Positions 55,302-64,000 of a stretch of 64,000 nucleotides of DNA are shown here, in pieces. Under the pieces are notes generated by a model. It saw nothing but the letters and a program-made list of their open reading frames with translations. It was not told the DNA's origin and did no database searches. Made by a program: the position numbers and the translations under genes. Origin of the DNA: an uncultured Clostridia bacterium (lineage in GTDB: Bacteria > Bacillota > Clostridia > TANB77 > CAG-508); the NCBI GenBank assembly GCA_963556825.1, contig CAUWAM010000002.1, positions 53,135-117,134 of the forward strand, given 5' to 3'. Positions within the stretch are counted from its first letter, which is position 1; each line of letters opens with the position of its first letter.

Positions 55302-55505
55302 TTATATTTTGTCTATAAAATCTTTTGTTTTTGTTTTTACTTCTTCTTTATTTTGTTGTACATAATTTCCCACAAATGCACCTGCTAGAATTAGTAATAT
55401 TCCAACTATAACTTCATATAATCTAGTTAATAAGATTACAATTGCAACAATTACACCAATAATTGCTCCTCTATATTTAATTAAAAAATTTTTTATATCT
55501 TCCAT
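55302..55505 (-). CDS. DUF2273 small membrane protein
   Basis: 67 aa, two TM segments, part of the conserved Asp23 cluster. Confidence 0.6.
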   Translation of the reverse strand: MEDIKNFLIKYRGAIIGVIVAIVILLTRLYEVIVGILLILAGAFVGNYVQQNKEEVKTKTKDFIDKI

Positions 55506-55529
55506 TTTTTTGCTTCCTTTCTTTTTTAT

Positions 55530-56093
55530 TTATGCTTGTTCTATTTTACTTGTTTTTTCTTGGATAGCTTTTTTTATTGTAATATTTACTTCTTTAACTT
55601 CTAAATCAGCAGATTGTTTTACTTTTTCTTTTATTTTATTTTGTAAATCTACTGTTAAATCTTTTATTATTGTTTCTGAACTTACAACTAAATTAACATA
55701 TATATTTACATTGTTATTTTTATCTAATTCAACTCTAGAAGATATTTCTTTAGCTTCTCTATATTCTTTTGTTACTGCATCTACTAAATTTTCTATTGTT
55801 TCTTTAGATATCATTAATTTTCCATTATCATTTGCAAGTAATACTCCTTGTTTATCTTTTTGTTGTTGTTTTGAAGTTGGGTCAAAGAATATGCATCTTA
55901 TTGATAATAAGATAAATACAATACTTACTCCTAAAATTATTTTTGATGATGTGTCTGATATTAATAACGTTTTTGCTAAATCCAATACAATATTTATATC
56001 TAACCATCCAAATACTAATAAACATAATATAACTGACATTATTAATATTATATTTGAATATAATATTAGTGTGATTTTTTCTATAATTTTCAT
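55530..56093 (-). CDS. amaP: alkaline shock response membrane anchor protein AmaP-like
   Basis: Position after asp23; N-terminal TM segments. Confidence 0.55.
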   Translation of the reverse strand: MKIIEKITLILYSNIILIMSVILCLLVFGWLDINIVLDLAKTLLISDTSSKIILGVSIVFILLSIRCIFFDPTSKQQQKDKQGVLLANDNGKLMISKETIENLVDAVTKEYREAKEISSRVELDKNNNVNIYVNLVVSSETIIKDLTVDLQNKIKEKVKQSADLEVKEVNITIKKAIQEKTSKIEQA

Positions 56094-56122
56094 TTCTTTT
56101 ACCTCTCTTTTCCCTTTTGTTT

Positions 56123-56581
56123 TTATTGTTCTTTTTCTTCTTTATTTTCTTTTTCTACTTGTTCAGTAGTTTTTTCTTCTGTCTTTTTAGCTACGTCTGT
56201 ATTTACACCTTGAACATGTACATTGACTTCTTCTACTTGAAATCCTGTCATACTTTCAACTGCTTTTTTTACTCTGTTTTGAATTTCAAAAGCTACATCT
56301 GGAATTCTTGAACCATATTCTACTATGATATTTACATCTATTTTTGCTGTTGTTTCTGTTTTGTCTACTTTTATTCCTTTTGCTAAATTTTTCTTTCCAC
56401 TAAATACTTCTGAAATTCCTCCTGCAAATCCTCCTGCCATTCCTGAAACGCCTTGTACTTCTGATACAGCTACACCTGCAATTACAGCAATAACATCTGT
56501 TGATATTTCTATACCGTTTTCTTTTTTTACTTCCTCTTTTATTTTTTGTTCATTTTCTTGATTTTCTTTTTCTTCATTCAT
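56123..56581 (-). CDS. Asp23/Gls24 family envelope stress protein
   Basis: VIAVIAGVAVSEVQGVSGM…; charged tails. Confidence 0.85.
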   Translation of the reverse strand: MNEEKENQENEQKIKEEVKKENGIEISTDVIAVIAGVAVSEVQGVSGMAGGFAGGISEVFSGKKNLAKGIKVDKTETTAKIDVNIIVEYGSRIPDVAFEIQNRVKKAVESMTGFQVEEVNVHVQGVNTDVAKKTEEKTTEQVEKENKEEKEQ

Positions 56582-56692
56582 GAAAATTACCTCCTTTTAT
56601 ATCTAATTTTTTCTTTAATTTTATACAAGAAAAAAAGATATACTTATTTATGTTATAAGTATATCAATTTTTGGCATTTTTTACAACCTTTT

Positions 56693-57658
56693 TTATTGAA
56701 AAACTTCAAATTCTTCTATAATATTTCCTCTTAAGAAATCTCCAATATTCATTCTTTTTGCATTTTCTCCTTGAATTTCTAAAACCTTTAAGATTCCTTC
56801 TTTAGTTTTTATAAAAAGTCCTTCTTTTTGATTTGAAGTAATTACTGTTCCGTTTTTGATTTCTTTGTAATTTTCCATAATTATTTCATTTTTACTTGCA
56901 ATATCTACTTTCCAGAATTTTATTTTTTTTTCATTTAAGAATGTATATGCTCCCATAATTGGATTCAATCCTCTTACAAGATTTTTTATATCTTGTGCTG
57001 TTTGATTTTCCCAATCTATTTTTGACATTTCCCTATTTAACATTGGAGCCATTGAAAAATTTTCTCCTTGTTTTTCCCTTGGTGCTGTTCCTTTTTCTAT
57101 TTGTTTTAAAGTTTCTACTAATAATTTTCCACCGATTTTTGAAAGTCTATCCCATAATTCTCCTGTTGTTTCATTTTCTCCAATTTCTATTTTTTCTTTT
57201 AAAATCATATCTCCTGTGTCCATTCCAACATCCATATACATTGTCGTAACACCTGTTTCTTTATCTCCATTTAAAACAGCCCATTGAATTGGAGCAGCTC
57301 CTCTATATTTAGGCAGTAATGAACCATGTACATTTATACAACCATATTTAGGAATTTCTAATATTTCTTTTGGCAAGATTTTTCCATATGCTACAACACA
57401 AATGGCATCAGGATTTAATGAATTTATTTTTTCAATAAATTCTTCATTATTTTTAACTTTTTCTGGTTGATAAATTGTTAGATTTTTTTGTAACGCAAAT
57501 TCTTTTACTGGAGATGCAACCATTTTCATTCCTCTTCCTTTTGGCTTGTCAGGATTAGTAACAACTCCTAAAATTTCATAACCAGCATTATAAACCGCTT
57601 CCAAACTATTTCTTGCAAAGTCTGGTGTTCCCATAAACAGTATTTTAAACATTGACAA
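56693..57658 (-). CDS. fmt: methionyl-tRNA formyltransferase
   Basis: ILFMGTPDFA, NVHGSLLPKYRGAAPIQWA. Confidence 0.95.
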   Translation of the reverse strand: MSMFKILFMGTPDFARNSLEAVYNAGYEILGVVTNPDKPKGRGMKMVASPVKEFALQKNLTIYQPEKVKNNEEFIEKINSLNPDAICVVAYGKILPKEILEIPKYGCINVHGSLLPKYRGAAPIQWAVLNGDKETGVTTMYMDVGMDTGDMILKEKIEIGENETTGELWDRLSKIGGKLLVETLKQIEKGTAPREKQGENFSMAPMLNREMSKIDWENQTAQDIKNLVRGLNPIMGAYTFLNEKKIKFWKVDIASKNEIIMENYKEIKNGTVITSNQKEGLFIKTKEGILKVLEIQGENAKRMNIGDFLRGNIIEEFEVFQ

Positions 57659-57662
57659 CCTC

Positions 57663-58139
57663 CTAATTTTCTGGTTCTACATATTCTAAAGTTCCTGGCA
57701 CAATTTTATCAATAAATACATCTCCATTTAAATGATCTAACTCATGGCATATGGCTTGTGCTAATAGTTCTTTAGCTTTAACTCTAATTCTCTTTCCAGT
57801 TCTGTCAGTATATTCAGCTACAACCTCTTCTGGTCTCATAACTTTAGCAAATTTATTAGGAAAACTTAAGCACCCTTCTTCAACTTCTCTTTCTCCCTTT
57901 GTTTTAATAATAATTGGATTAATTAAAATAATAGGACCATTATCATCATAAATATCTATTACAACAAGTCTTTTTAAAATGCCTACTTGAACAGCAGCAA
58001 GACCAACACCATTGTATTTATGCATTGTTTCAATCATGTCATCAATTAATATTTGTAGTTTATCATCTATTACTTCAACTTCTCTGGATTTCTTTTTTAG
58101 AATTTCGTCTCCTTCTAATCTTAATTTTCTAATAGCCAT
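57663..58139 (-). CDS. def: peptide deformylase
   Basis: GVGLAAVQVG, EGCLSFP, HELDHLNG. Confidence 0.95.
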   Translation of the reverse strand: MAIRKLRLEGDEILKKKSREVEVIDDKLQILIDDMIETMHKYNGVGLAAVQVGILKRLVVIDIYDDNGPIILINPIIIKTKGEREVEEGCLSFPNKFAKVMRPEEVVAEYTDRTGKRIRVKAKELLAQAICHELDHLNGDVFIDKIVPGTLEYVEPEN

Positions 58140-58162
58140 TTTTTACTCCTCCTTTACATTAT

Positions 58163-60400
58163 TTAAGTCATATTATTGGGATTTACATCAATAGTTATTT
58201 TTGTATTTTTGTAATTTTTTTCATATATTTCTTTTAATATATCATTAAAACTTTTGTTAGCTTCTTCGGTCATTTTTCCCTTAATAATAATTCTCCATCT
58301 AAATTTATTTTGTATTTTGTCTATTGGTGATGGCATTGGTTTAAATACTTTAAATTGGTTTTTATTTATTCTATTTTCTAATTTTTCAAATATTTCTTGC
58401 GAGCTTTTCTTTATCTCATCTTCACTTGTACTATTAAACCCAATTACTATTATATCGCAAAATGGTGGATATTTCAACTGTTTTCTTAGTGCTATTTCTG
58501 TTTCATAAAATCTTTCATAACTTTGTTTTTTTGCTTCTTGTATGCTAAAATTCTCCGGATTGTATGTTTGTATTATAACTTTTCCTGGTAATTTTTCTCT
58601 TCCTGCTCTTCCTGCAACTTGTGTTAATATTTGAAATGTTCTTTCTGTTGCTCTGTAATCATCTATATTCAAAGAACTATCTGCTGCTATTACTCCAACT
58701 AATGTTACTTTTGGAAAGTGATGTCCTTTTACTACCATTTGTGTTCCTATTAATATATCAATATCTTCATTTTTGAATTTGTTTAAAATTTCTTCATGTG
58801 AATTTTTCTTAGTTACTGTATCTACATCCATTCTTATTGTTTTTGCTTGTGGAAATTGTTTATGAATTTCTTGTTCTAATTTCTGTGTTCCTGTTCCAAA
58901 ATACCTTATCTTATCACTACCACATTCTGGACATATTTTTACTAGTTTTTCTTCATAACCGCAATAATGGCATTTTAATTTATTTTCATAACTATGATAT
59001 GTCATACTTATATCACAATTCTTACATTTAACAGTGTACCCACAATTCCTACACATAATAAATGTTGAGTATCCTCTTCTATTTAGAAATAAAATTGTTT
59101 GTAATTTATTTTTTAAATTTTCTTCTATAGATTTATATAATTCCATGCTAAGCATTGACCTGTTTCCATTTGCTAATTCTTGTTTTAAATCTATTATTTC
59201 TACTTTTGGAAGTTCAGAATTATTAGCTCTTTTTGTTAATTCTAATAATGTTATTTTTTTTTGTTCTTTGGCCTGATAATATGTTGTTAAATCAGGTGTA
59301 GCACTTCCAAACACTAATGGAATTTTATTTTCTTTTGCTATTTTTTTTGCAATTTCTTTGGCATTATATTTAGGTGTTGATTCAGATTTATAAGAACTAT
59401 CATGTTCTTCATCAATTATTATAATTCCTAAATTTTGTACTGGTGCAAATACAGCAGACCTTGCACCTATTATGATTTTTGCTTTTTTTTCTTTTATTCT
59501 TTCCCATTCATCATGTCTTTCACCTATTGATAATTTGCTATGTAAAACTGCAATTTGTTCTTTTCCAAATCTTGCAATAAATCTATCTAGCATTTGTGGT
59601 GTTAGTGAAATTTCTGGAACTAAAACTATGGCGGTTTTATCTTTTTCAATTACTTCTTGTATTAATTGTAAATATACTTCTGTTTTTCCAGAACCTGTTA
59701 CTCCATATAATAAAAATTGTTCAAATTTATTTTTTTCTATTGAATTTTGAATTTTTTCAAATACTATTTCTTGTTCACATGTTAATTGTAATTTTTCATT
59801 TTGTTTTATATTTTTATTTATTAGTGGATTTCTTTCAATTTTCTTTTCAGTAATTTCTAAATATCCATTTTTAACTAATGTATTTACAATAGCTCTTGAG
59901 CAATTTGTGAATACTTCTATATCAGTTACTGTACAGCCCTCATTGTCTTTTATAAAATTCAATATTCTTTTTTGCTTTTCTGATTTTATTTTTCCAGATT
60001 CTATACTAAATAATATTTCATCAAAATTCCTTTTTAGATATACCACATTTATTTTTTTATCTTGTACTCTATTTTTTACATTTTTGTTTCTTGTTCCTGG
60101 CGTTTGCATTAATTTTATACATTCTGATACATTGCAAAAGTATCTATTTGCCATCCAATTTGCAAGTTCTATTTGTTTGTCTGTTAATCCATTTTCTACT
60201 TTTACTATATCTTTTATTTCAAATTGTGATTTTTCTTTTATTTTTACAACATGTGCTTCTTCAAAATTTTTCATTTTTCCAAATGGAACTAATACTTTAG
60301 TTCCTACAAATACTATATTTTCAAATTCTTTTGGAATGTTGTAGTCAAATGTTCTATTTAATTTTTTTGCTGAACTATTTATTATTACTTCTGCTACCAA
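58163..60400 (-). CDS. priA: primosomal protein N' (replication restart helicase)
   Basis: Walker A GVTGSGKTEVY, DEEHD box, Cys-rich zinc region CRNCGY…CKNC…CHYCG…CPECG. TTG start. Confidence 0.9.
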   Translation of the reverse strand: MVAEVIINSSAKKLNRTFDYNIPKEFENIVFVGTKVLVPFGKMKNFEEAHVVKIKEKSQFEIKDIVKVENGLTDKQIELANWMANRYFCNVSECIKLMQTPGTRNKNVKNRVQDKKINVVYLKRNFDEILFSIESGKIKSEKQKRILNFIKDNEGCTVTDIEVFTNCSRAIVNTLVKNGYLEITEKKIERNPLINKNIKQNEKLQLTCEQEIVFEKIQNSIEKNKFEQFLLYGVTGSGKTEVYLQLIQEVIEKDKTAIVLVPEISLTPQMLDRFIARFGKEQIAVLHSKLSIGERHDEWERIKEKKAKIIIGARSAVFAPVQNLGIIIIDEEHDSSYKSESTPKYNAKEIAKKIAKENKIPLVFGSATPDLTTYYQAKEQKKITLLELTKRANNSELPKVEIIDLKQELANGNRSMLSMELYKSIEENLKNKLQTILFLNRRGYSTFIMCRNCGYTVKCKNCDISMTYHSYENKLKCHYCGYEEKLVKICPECGSDKIRYFGTGTQKLEQEIHKQFPQAKTIRMDVDTVTKKNSHEEILNKFKNEDIDILIGTQMVVKGHHFPKVTLVGVIAADSSLNIDDYRATERTFQILTQVAGRAGREKLPGKVIIQTYNPENFSIQEAKKQSYERFYETEIALRKQLKYPPFCDIIVIGFNSTSEDEIKKSSQEIFEKLENRINKNQFKVFKPMPSPIDKIQNKFRWRIIIKGKMTEEANKSFNDILKEIYEKNYKNTKITIDVNPNNMT

Positions 60401-60621
60401 TTTTTTCTCCTTTAGTCTCTTTTTTGTATGTTTATTTTACTATATTTTTTTATTTAAAGCAATAAAATTTCATTTTTTGCTATATGCCTTTAGCTCATCT
60501 TCATTAATTTTAAAATTCTAAAAGTTTTTTAATTTTATTTTTTTACAAAATTCTATTAATTTTTTATAATTTTTATGATATACTGTTTTGTAAAATATAA
60601 ATTTTAAGGAAGTATAATTTT

Positions 60622-61485
60622 ATGAATGATGAAAGATTTAAAACTACTAAAAAAGCCGGAATATATGGTATTGTTGGAAATATATTTTTGTTGATTATAA
60701 AAGCTATAGTTGGTTTTGTTTTTAAAAGTCAAGCTATGATTGCTGATAGTTTTAATAGTGCTGGAGATATTTTTGCTTCACTTATGACTTTTATTGGAAA
60801 CCGAATTGCAAGTGTTCCAAATGATGAAGATCACAATTTTGGTCATGGAAAAGCTGAGTATATTTTTTCTATGTTTATTGGAATTTCAATGATATTTGTT
60901 GCTGCCAAATTACTTTATGATTCTATTAGCACATTAATTTTAGGAAGCAATTTACAATTTTCTTGGTTTTTAATTTTAGTTTGTATTGTAACTATAATTG
61001 TAAAGTTTTGTCTATTTTTGTATACAAAAAAAGCCGCGAGAAAATATCACAATATTTTGTTAGAATCAAATATGAAAGATCATAGAAATGATTGTATTGT
61101 TACAACTTTTACTTTAATTTCAGTTTTATTTACTTTATTTGGTATTTATTGGTTTGATGGTGTTGTTGGTATTGGTATTTCTATTTGGATAGGTTATACT
61201 GGAATTTCTATATTTTTAGAAAGTTATAATGTTTTAATGGATGTTTCTATTGATGAGAAAACTAAAGATTTAATTTTAGATATTGCTCATAGTTATAAAG
61301 ATATTAAAAATATCGATAATATTTCTTCCACTCCTGTTGGTTCTCAATATATGGTTTTTATTACTATTGGAGTTGATGGCAATATGTCTACTTTTGATAG
61401 CCATATTCTTGCTAATAGTTTAGAGGAAAATGTAAGTGAATTGGATAATGTTTATAATGCCATTGTTCATGTTGAACCAAAATAA
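60622..61485 (+). CDS. cation diffusion facilitator family transporter
   Basis: Six TM segments, DSFNSAGD and HNFGHGKAEY motifs, C-terminal cytoplasmic domain. Confidence 0.85.
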   Translation: MNDERFKTTKKAGIYGIVGNIFLLIIKAIVGFVFKSQAMIADSFNSAGDIFASLMTFIGNRIASVPNDEDHNFGHGKAEYIFSMFIGISMIFVAAKLLYDSISTLILGSNLQFSWFLILVCIVTIIVKFCLFLYTKKAARKYHNILLESNMKDHRNDCIVTTFTLISVLFTLFGIYWFDGVVGIGISIWIGYTGISIFLESYNVLMDVSIDEKTKDLILDIAHSYKDIKNIDNISSTPVGSQYMVFITIGVDGNMSTFDSHILANSLEENVSELDNVYNAIVHVEPK

Positions 61486-61488
61486 GTA

Positions 61489-61528
61489 ATATAGTCATGC
61501 AATTTATTATAACATTGCATGACTATAT
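61489..61528. terminator. bidirectional terminator
   Basis: 15-bp perfect stem atatagtcatgcaat/attgcatgactatat. Confidence 0.7.
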
Positions 61529-61545
61529 ATTAACAAAATTTCAAA

Positions 61546-62997
61546 TTATTGTTTAAATCTTATTTTATCAATTTCATAATTACTTTTTATTTCTTTTTGA
61601 CTTAATTCTCTGTTATATATTCTTATTGCCCCAAGTTTCATTTGACAAAACAATGCATCTCCTGCTCTAGAACCTAAATATATTGGATAATTTAAAAATT
61701 TGGTATTAGATATATCATAATTGTTACCACTACTCTCATTTAATTTTATGTATTCACTATCTTTATAAAGTTCAATAAATGAATTATATTTTTTATTTGT
61801 ATTTATAATTGCCGTATAAACACTTAATGTTTTAGGTTCAAAAACATTATCTCCAGTATATTTTAAATTATATCCCCTTTCATGATGATATGTAATACGT
61901 ATATTATTAATTCCCCCTTCATTAATAGTAATACCATATCCAGTATTATTTTCATTCCAATTTCTTGAGGATTCAAAAATCATTTGTGTTTTTTGATTAT
62001 CACTTATATCCAACAATACAAATTGAACTGTTATAACATTACTTTCTTTATAATCAACTTCAGATATTGTCTTTGCAAAATCATCAATACCATCAAATGA
62101 TAAATATTTATCCCCCCAGATTGCTCCTGTTATTTGAGCATCATTATTACTTTGACTCAGATCTTTCCATATAGTAGTATCTGAACTATGTTCATTTTCT
62201 CCTAAATTATTTATTGCATCATAAGATAATATAAGACTATCTGAAACATACTCATTATAAAGAGTCATTGACTTCATTCCTAATGAAACTTCATCTCCAT
62301 GAACAACACTTATCGTATATTCTCCTGGCTCATTAATATAAAAAGTTAATTCATTTGAAGTTTCCCAAAAATCATTTGTTATCAATTTATATTTAATCTG
62401 CCAATTACTAACATATCCATCATATTTAATGTTTGATACCTCTACTTTCCACCTATTTCCCTCTTTTTGTGTATTAATTTCAAAACTTCCTGTTTGTGGA
62501 TTTTTATTATTATATTCAACATTATACTGTCCATTTTCTAATTGCTCAGTCATATAATATACTTTATCTTTGTATTCAAAACCAATATAACTAACAACAT
62601 ATCTTTTTTCCACATTAATAAGATATGGTCTTGTTACACTATCTAATTCTAAATTTTCTTTTATCCATTCCTTACTACAATATCTAAAACCATTTTTTAC
62701 TTGTTCTATTTCTTCATTTGTTTTATCTTTATATATAATTTTTTTTATTTCATCTATTTCTAATACTGATATTTGATTATCAGTTAATTTTTCTCCTATA
62801 TCTGTTTTATTGTTTTGATTTAATTCATTCACTTTTGTCTGCATAACTTTTAATTCTGAGGTAAATTCATTATATGCTGCATAATCAATGGCTTGTTTCC
62901 AAGAAATTATACCAACAGATGCTAATATTAATAATATGATTATCATTACAACTAACACCATTAATGTTATCCCTTTTTCTTCTTTTATTTTTTTCAT
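61546..62997 (-). CDS. pilin-like-leader protein with C-terminal LamG/concanavalin-like domain
   Basis: aggagga RBS. MKKIKEEKGITLMVLVVMIIILLILA leader. C-terminal …LSFDGIDDFAKT…IRIYNRELSQKEIKSNY. Confidence 0.7.
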   Translation of the reverse strand: MKKIKEEKGITLMVLVVMIIILLILASVGIISWKQAIDYAAYNEFTSELKVMQTKVNELNQNNKTDIGEKLTDNQISVLEIDEIKKIIYKDKTNEEIEQVKNGFRYCSKEWIKENLELDSVTRPYLINVEKRYVVSYIGFEYKDKVYYMTEQLENGQYNVEYNNKNPQTGSFEINTQKEGNRWKVEVSNIKYDGYVSNWQIKYKLITNDFWETSNELTFYINEPGEYTISVVHGDEVSLGMKSMTLYNEYVSDSLILSYDAINNLGENEHSSDTTIWKDLSQSNNDAQITGAIWGDKYLSFDGIDDFAKTISEVDYKESNVITVQFVLLDISDNQKTQMIFESSRNWNENNTGYGITINEGGINNIRITYHHERGYNLKYTGDNVFEPKTLSVYTAIINTNKKYNSFIELYKDSEYIKLNESSGNNYDISNTKFLNYPIYLGSRAGDALFCQMKLGAIRIYNRELSQKEIKSNYEIDKIRFKQ

Positions 62998-63020
62998 TGG
63001 TTTCCTCCTATACAAAAATT

Positions 63021-63065
63021 GCTTTTTTGCGAGATGCATATATAAAACTCCCAACGCAAAAAAGC
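63021..63065 (-). promoter_or_regulatory. 5' leader hairpin upstream of the LamG pilin-like gene
   Basis: 11-bp perfect stem GCTTTTTTGCG/CGCAAAAAAGC with a 23-nt loop, followed by AATTTTTG on the minus strand. Confidence 0.35.
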
Positions 63066-63119
63066 TCCTTATTGCAATTTATTATACATTTTTAATTGTA
63101 ATTTTGCTAATAAATTTAT

Positions 63120-63195
63120 TGGCTGGGGATATGTGATTCGAACACATGCATCCTGGAGTCAGAATCCAGTGCCTTACCAACTTGGCTAATCCCCA
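63120..63195 (-). tRNA. tRNA-Gln (anticodon CUG)
   Basis: 76-nt cloverleaf folded by hand: acceptor TGGGGAT/ATCCCCA, anticodon arm CTGGA-TTCTGAC-TCCAG, T arm ATGTG-TTCGAAT-CACAT, G73, encoded CCA. Confidence 0.85.
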
Positions 63196-63248
63196 ACATT
63201 AATTTTATATTACCACAATTTCAAAAATTTGTCTATTAAAAAATCAAA

Positions 63249-63283
63249 ATAAAAAAAACTATGCTCAAAGATGAGCATAGTTT
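63249..63283 (-). terminator. terminator after ChW-repeat gene
   Basis: aaactatgctca/tgagcatagttt stem followed by T8 on the minus strand. Confidence 0.65.
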
Positions 63284-63294
63284 AATGTAGTTTA

Positions 63295-64000
63295 TTATTT
63301 CATATTATAAGTTCCAACATCTTTATTCCATTGATTAATAATATATTGTTTTTCAGTTTTAGGAACTAATGTAATTCTAAATGCAGACATTGGTATTTTA
63401 TGGTCATATGTACATTCAGTTCCATCTGAACAAGCTTTAACCCATCCAAAATTATTAACTAATATTTGATAAATAATAGAATACTGTGAATAATCTTTTA
63501 GTTTCATAGTAATACCAGAAATACCATATTTATATTGAGAAGCAATTTCACCTGGTATTGGATTTTTAGAATTACTATCTGTATTCAGATAACCATTTAT
63601 TCCGCTTCCTCCAAATTGAAAATATTTTTTAGAATTTATTGTTACTAAATCATTAGATTTCATTGATTTAAATAGTTCTTTTCCTGGATTATATCCATAT
63701 TTGTATTTCAATCCAGAAGTTGTACATTTTCCATAACTTCCTTCTCCCCAATACGTATAAATATATGCATTTGCTTGCACAAAGTCATCATCAACATTTC
63801 CTGTTATATTAAATGCTAATGCTTCAGTTCTATATACAGGATTTACTTTTATTGCATCTTTACCTGCAACATCATAATTTCCATATCCAAAAGACCAACC
63901 TACACATGAGTTATGAGATGCATATATTACATTGATATATGTAGCTTGTGTAATATTCACTTCTACATTTGAAGAATTTCCTGCATAGTCCATAATTGGT
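63295..64000 (-). CDS. ChW (clostridial hydrophobic W) repeat surface protein, C-terminal part; open to the window edge
   Basis: Repeated Y.SH…GW……G…G motifs (YASHNSCVGWSF, YQILVNNFGWVKACSDG). The frame is still open at 64000. Confidence 0.55.
   Translation of the reverse strand, partial: PIMDYAGNSSNVEVNITQATYINVIYASHNSCVGWSFGYGNYDVAGKDAIKVNPVYRTEALAFNITGNVDDDFVQANAYIYTYWGEGSYGKCTTSGLKYKYGYNPGKELFKSMKSNDLVTINSKKYFQFGGSGINGYLNTDSNSKNPIPGEIASQYKYGISGITMKLKDYSQYSIIYQILVNNFGWVKACSDGTECTYDHKIPMSAFRITLVPKTEKQYIINQWNKDVGTYNMK

Overview
Very AT-rich (about a quarter G+C by eye) Firmicutes/Clostridia-like chromosomal segment, transcribed almost entirely on the minus strand. The backbone is housekeeping: serS, engB, gltX, rnj, spoVT, a PadR/SEDS/GT51/ECF-sigma envelope cluster, a KAP NTPase, comFC, recD2, rseP-cdsA-uppS-ispA-frr-pyrH, tsf-rpsB, a DUF4912/GH57 pair, gpr, fhs, xseB/xseA/nusB, an asp23 cluster, fmt-def-priA, a CDF transporter and tRNA-Gln. 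Three accessory insertions stand out. (1) 5.4-19.3 kb is a siphovirus-derived cluster with only regulatory, tail and lysis genes. It has no integrase, replication, terminase, portal or capsid genes. It carries moron cassettes and several single-base disruptions. It is either a decaying prophage or an F-type tailocin-like locus. (2) 29.2-30.3 kb is an IS200-like/RAYT Y1 transposase bracketed by a 30-bp inverted, internally palindromic repeat (REPtron-like), between comFC and recD2. (3) 37.6-42.3 kb is the most interesting. It is a 4.6-kb island inserted into the normally contiguous rpsB-tsf-pyrH-frr block, and it encodes three surface proteins with a non-canonical prepilin-like leader (KGITLVALV, no Glu+5). 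Two of them end in sharply GC-rich, NNY-codon C-terminal patches on FGE/SUMF1-like and DUF1566-like scaffolds, which look like DGR variable regions. No TR or reverse transcriptase is in this window. Each operon is preceded by a duplicated leader containing a short ORF that runs into a terminator-like hairpin. In one copy a (TG)13 microsatellite sets the frame of that ORF, suggesting phase-variable, translation-coupled attenuation. Five genes (holin, tail fibre, bPH membrane protein, spoVT, recD2) are broken by single-nucleotide events, which may be genuine decay or assembly error. Everything here is hand analysis of the sequence and ORF track; no database search was run.
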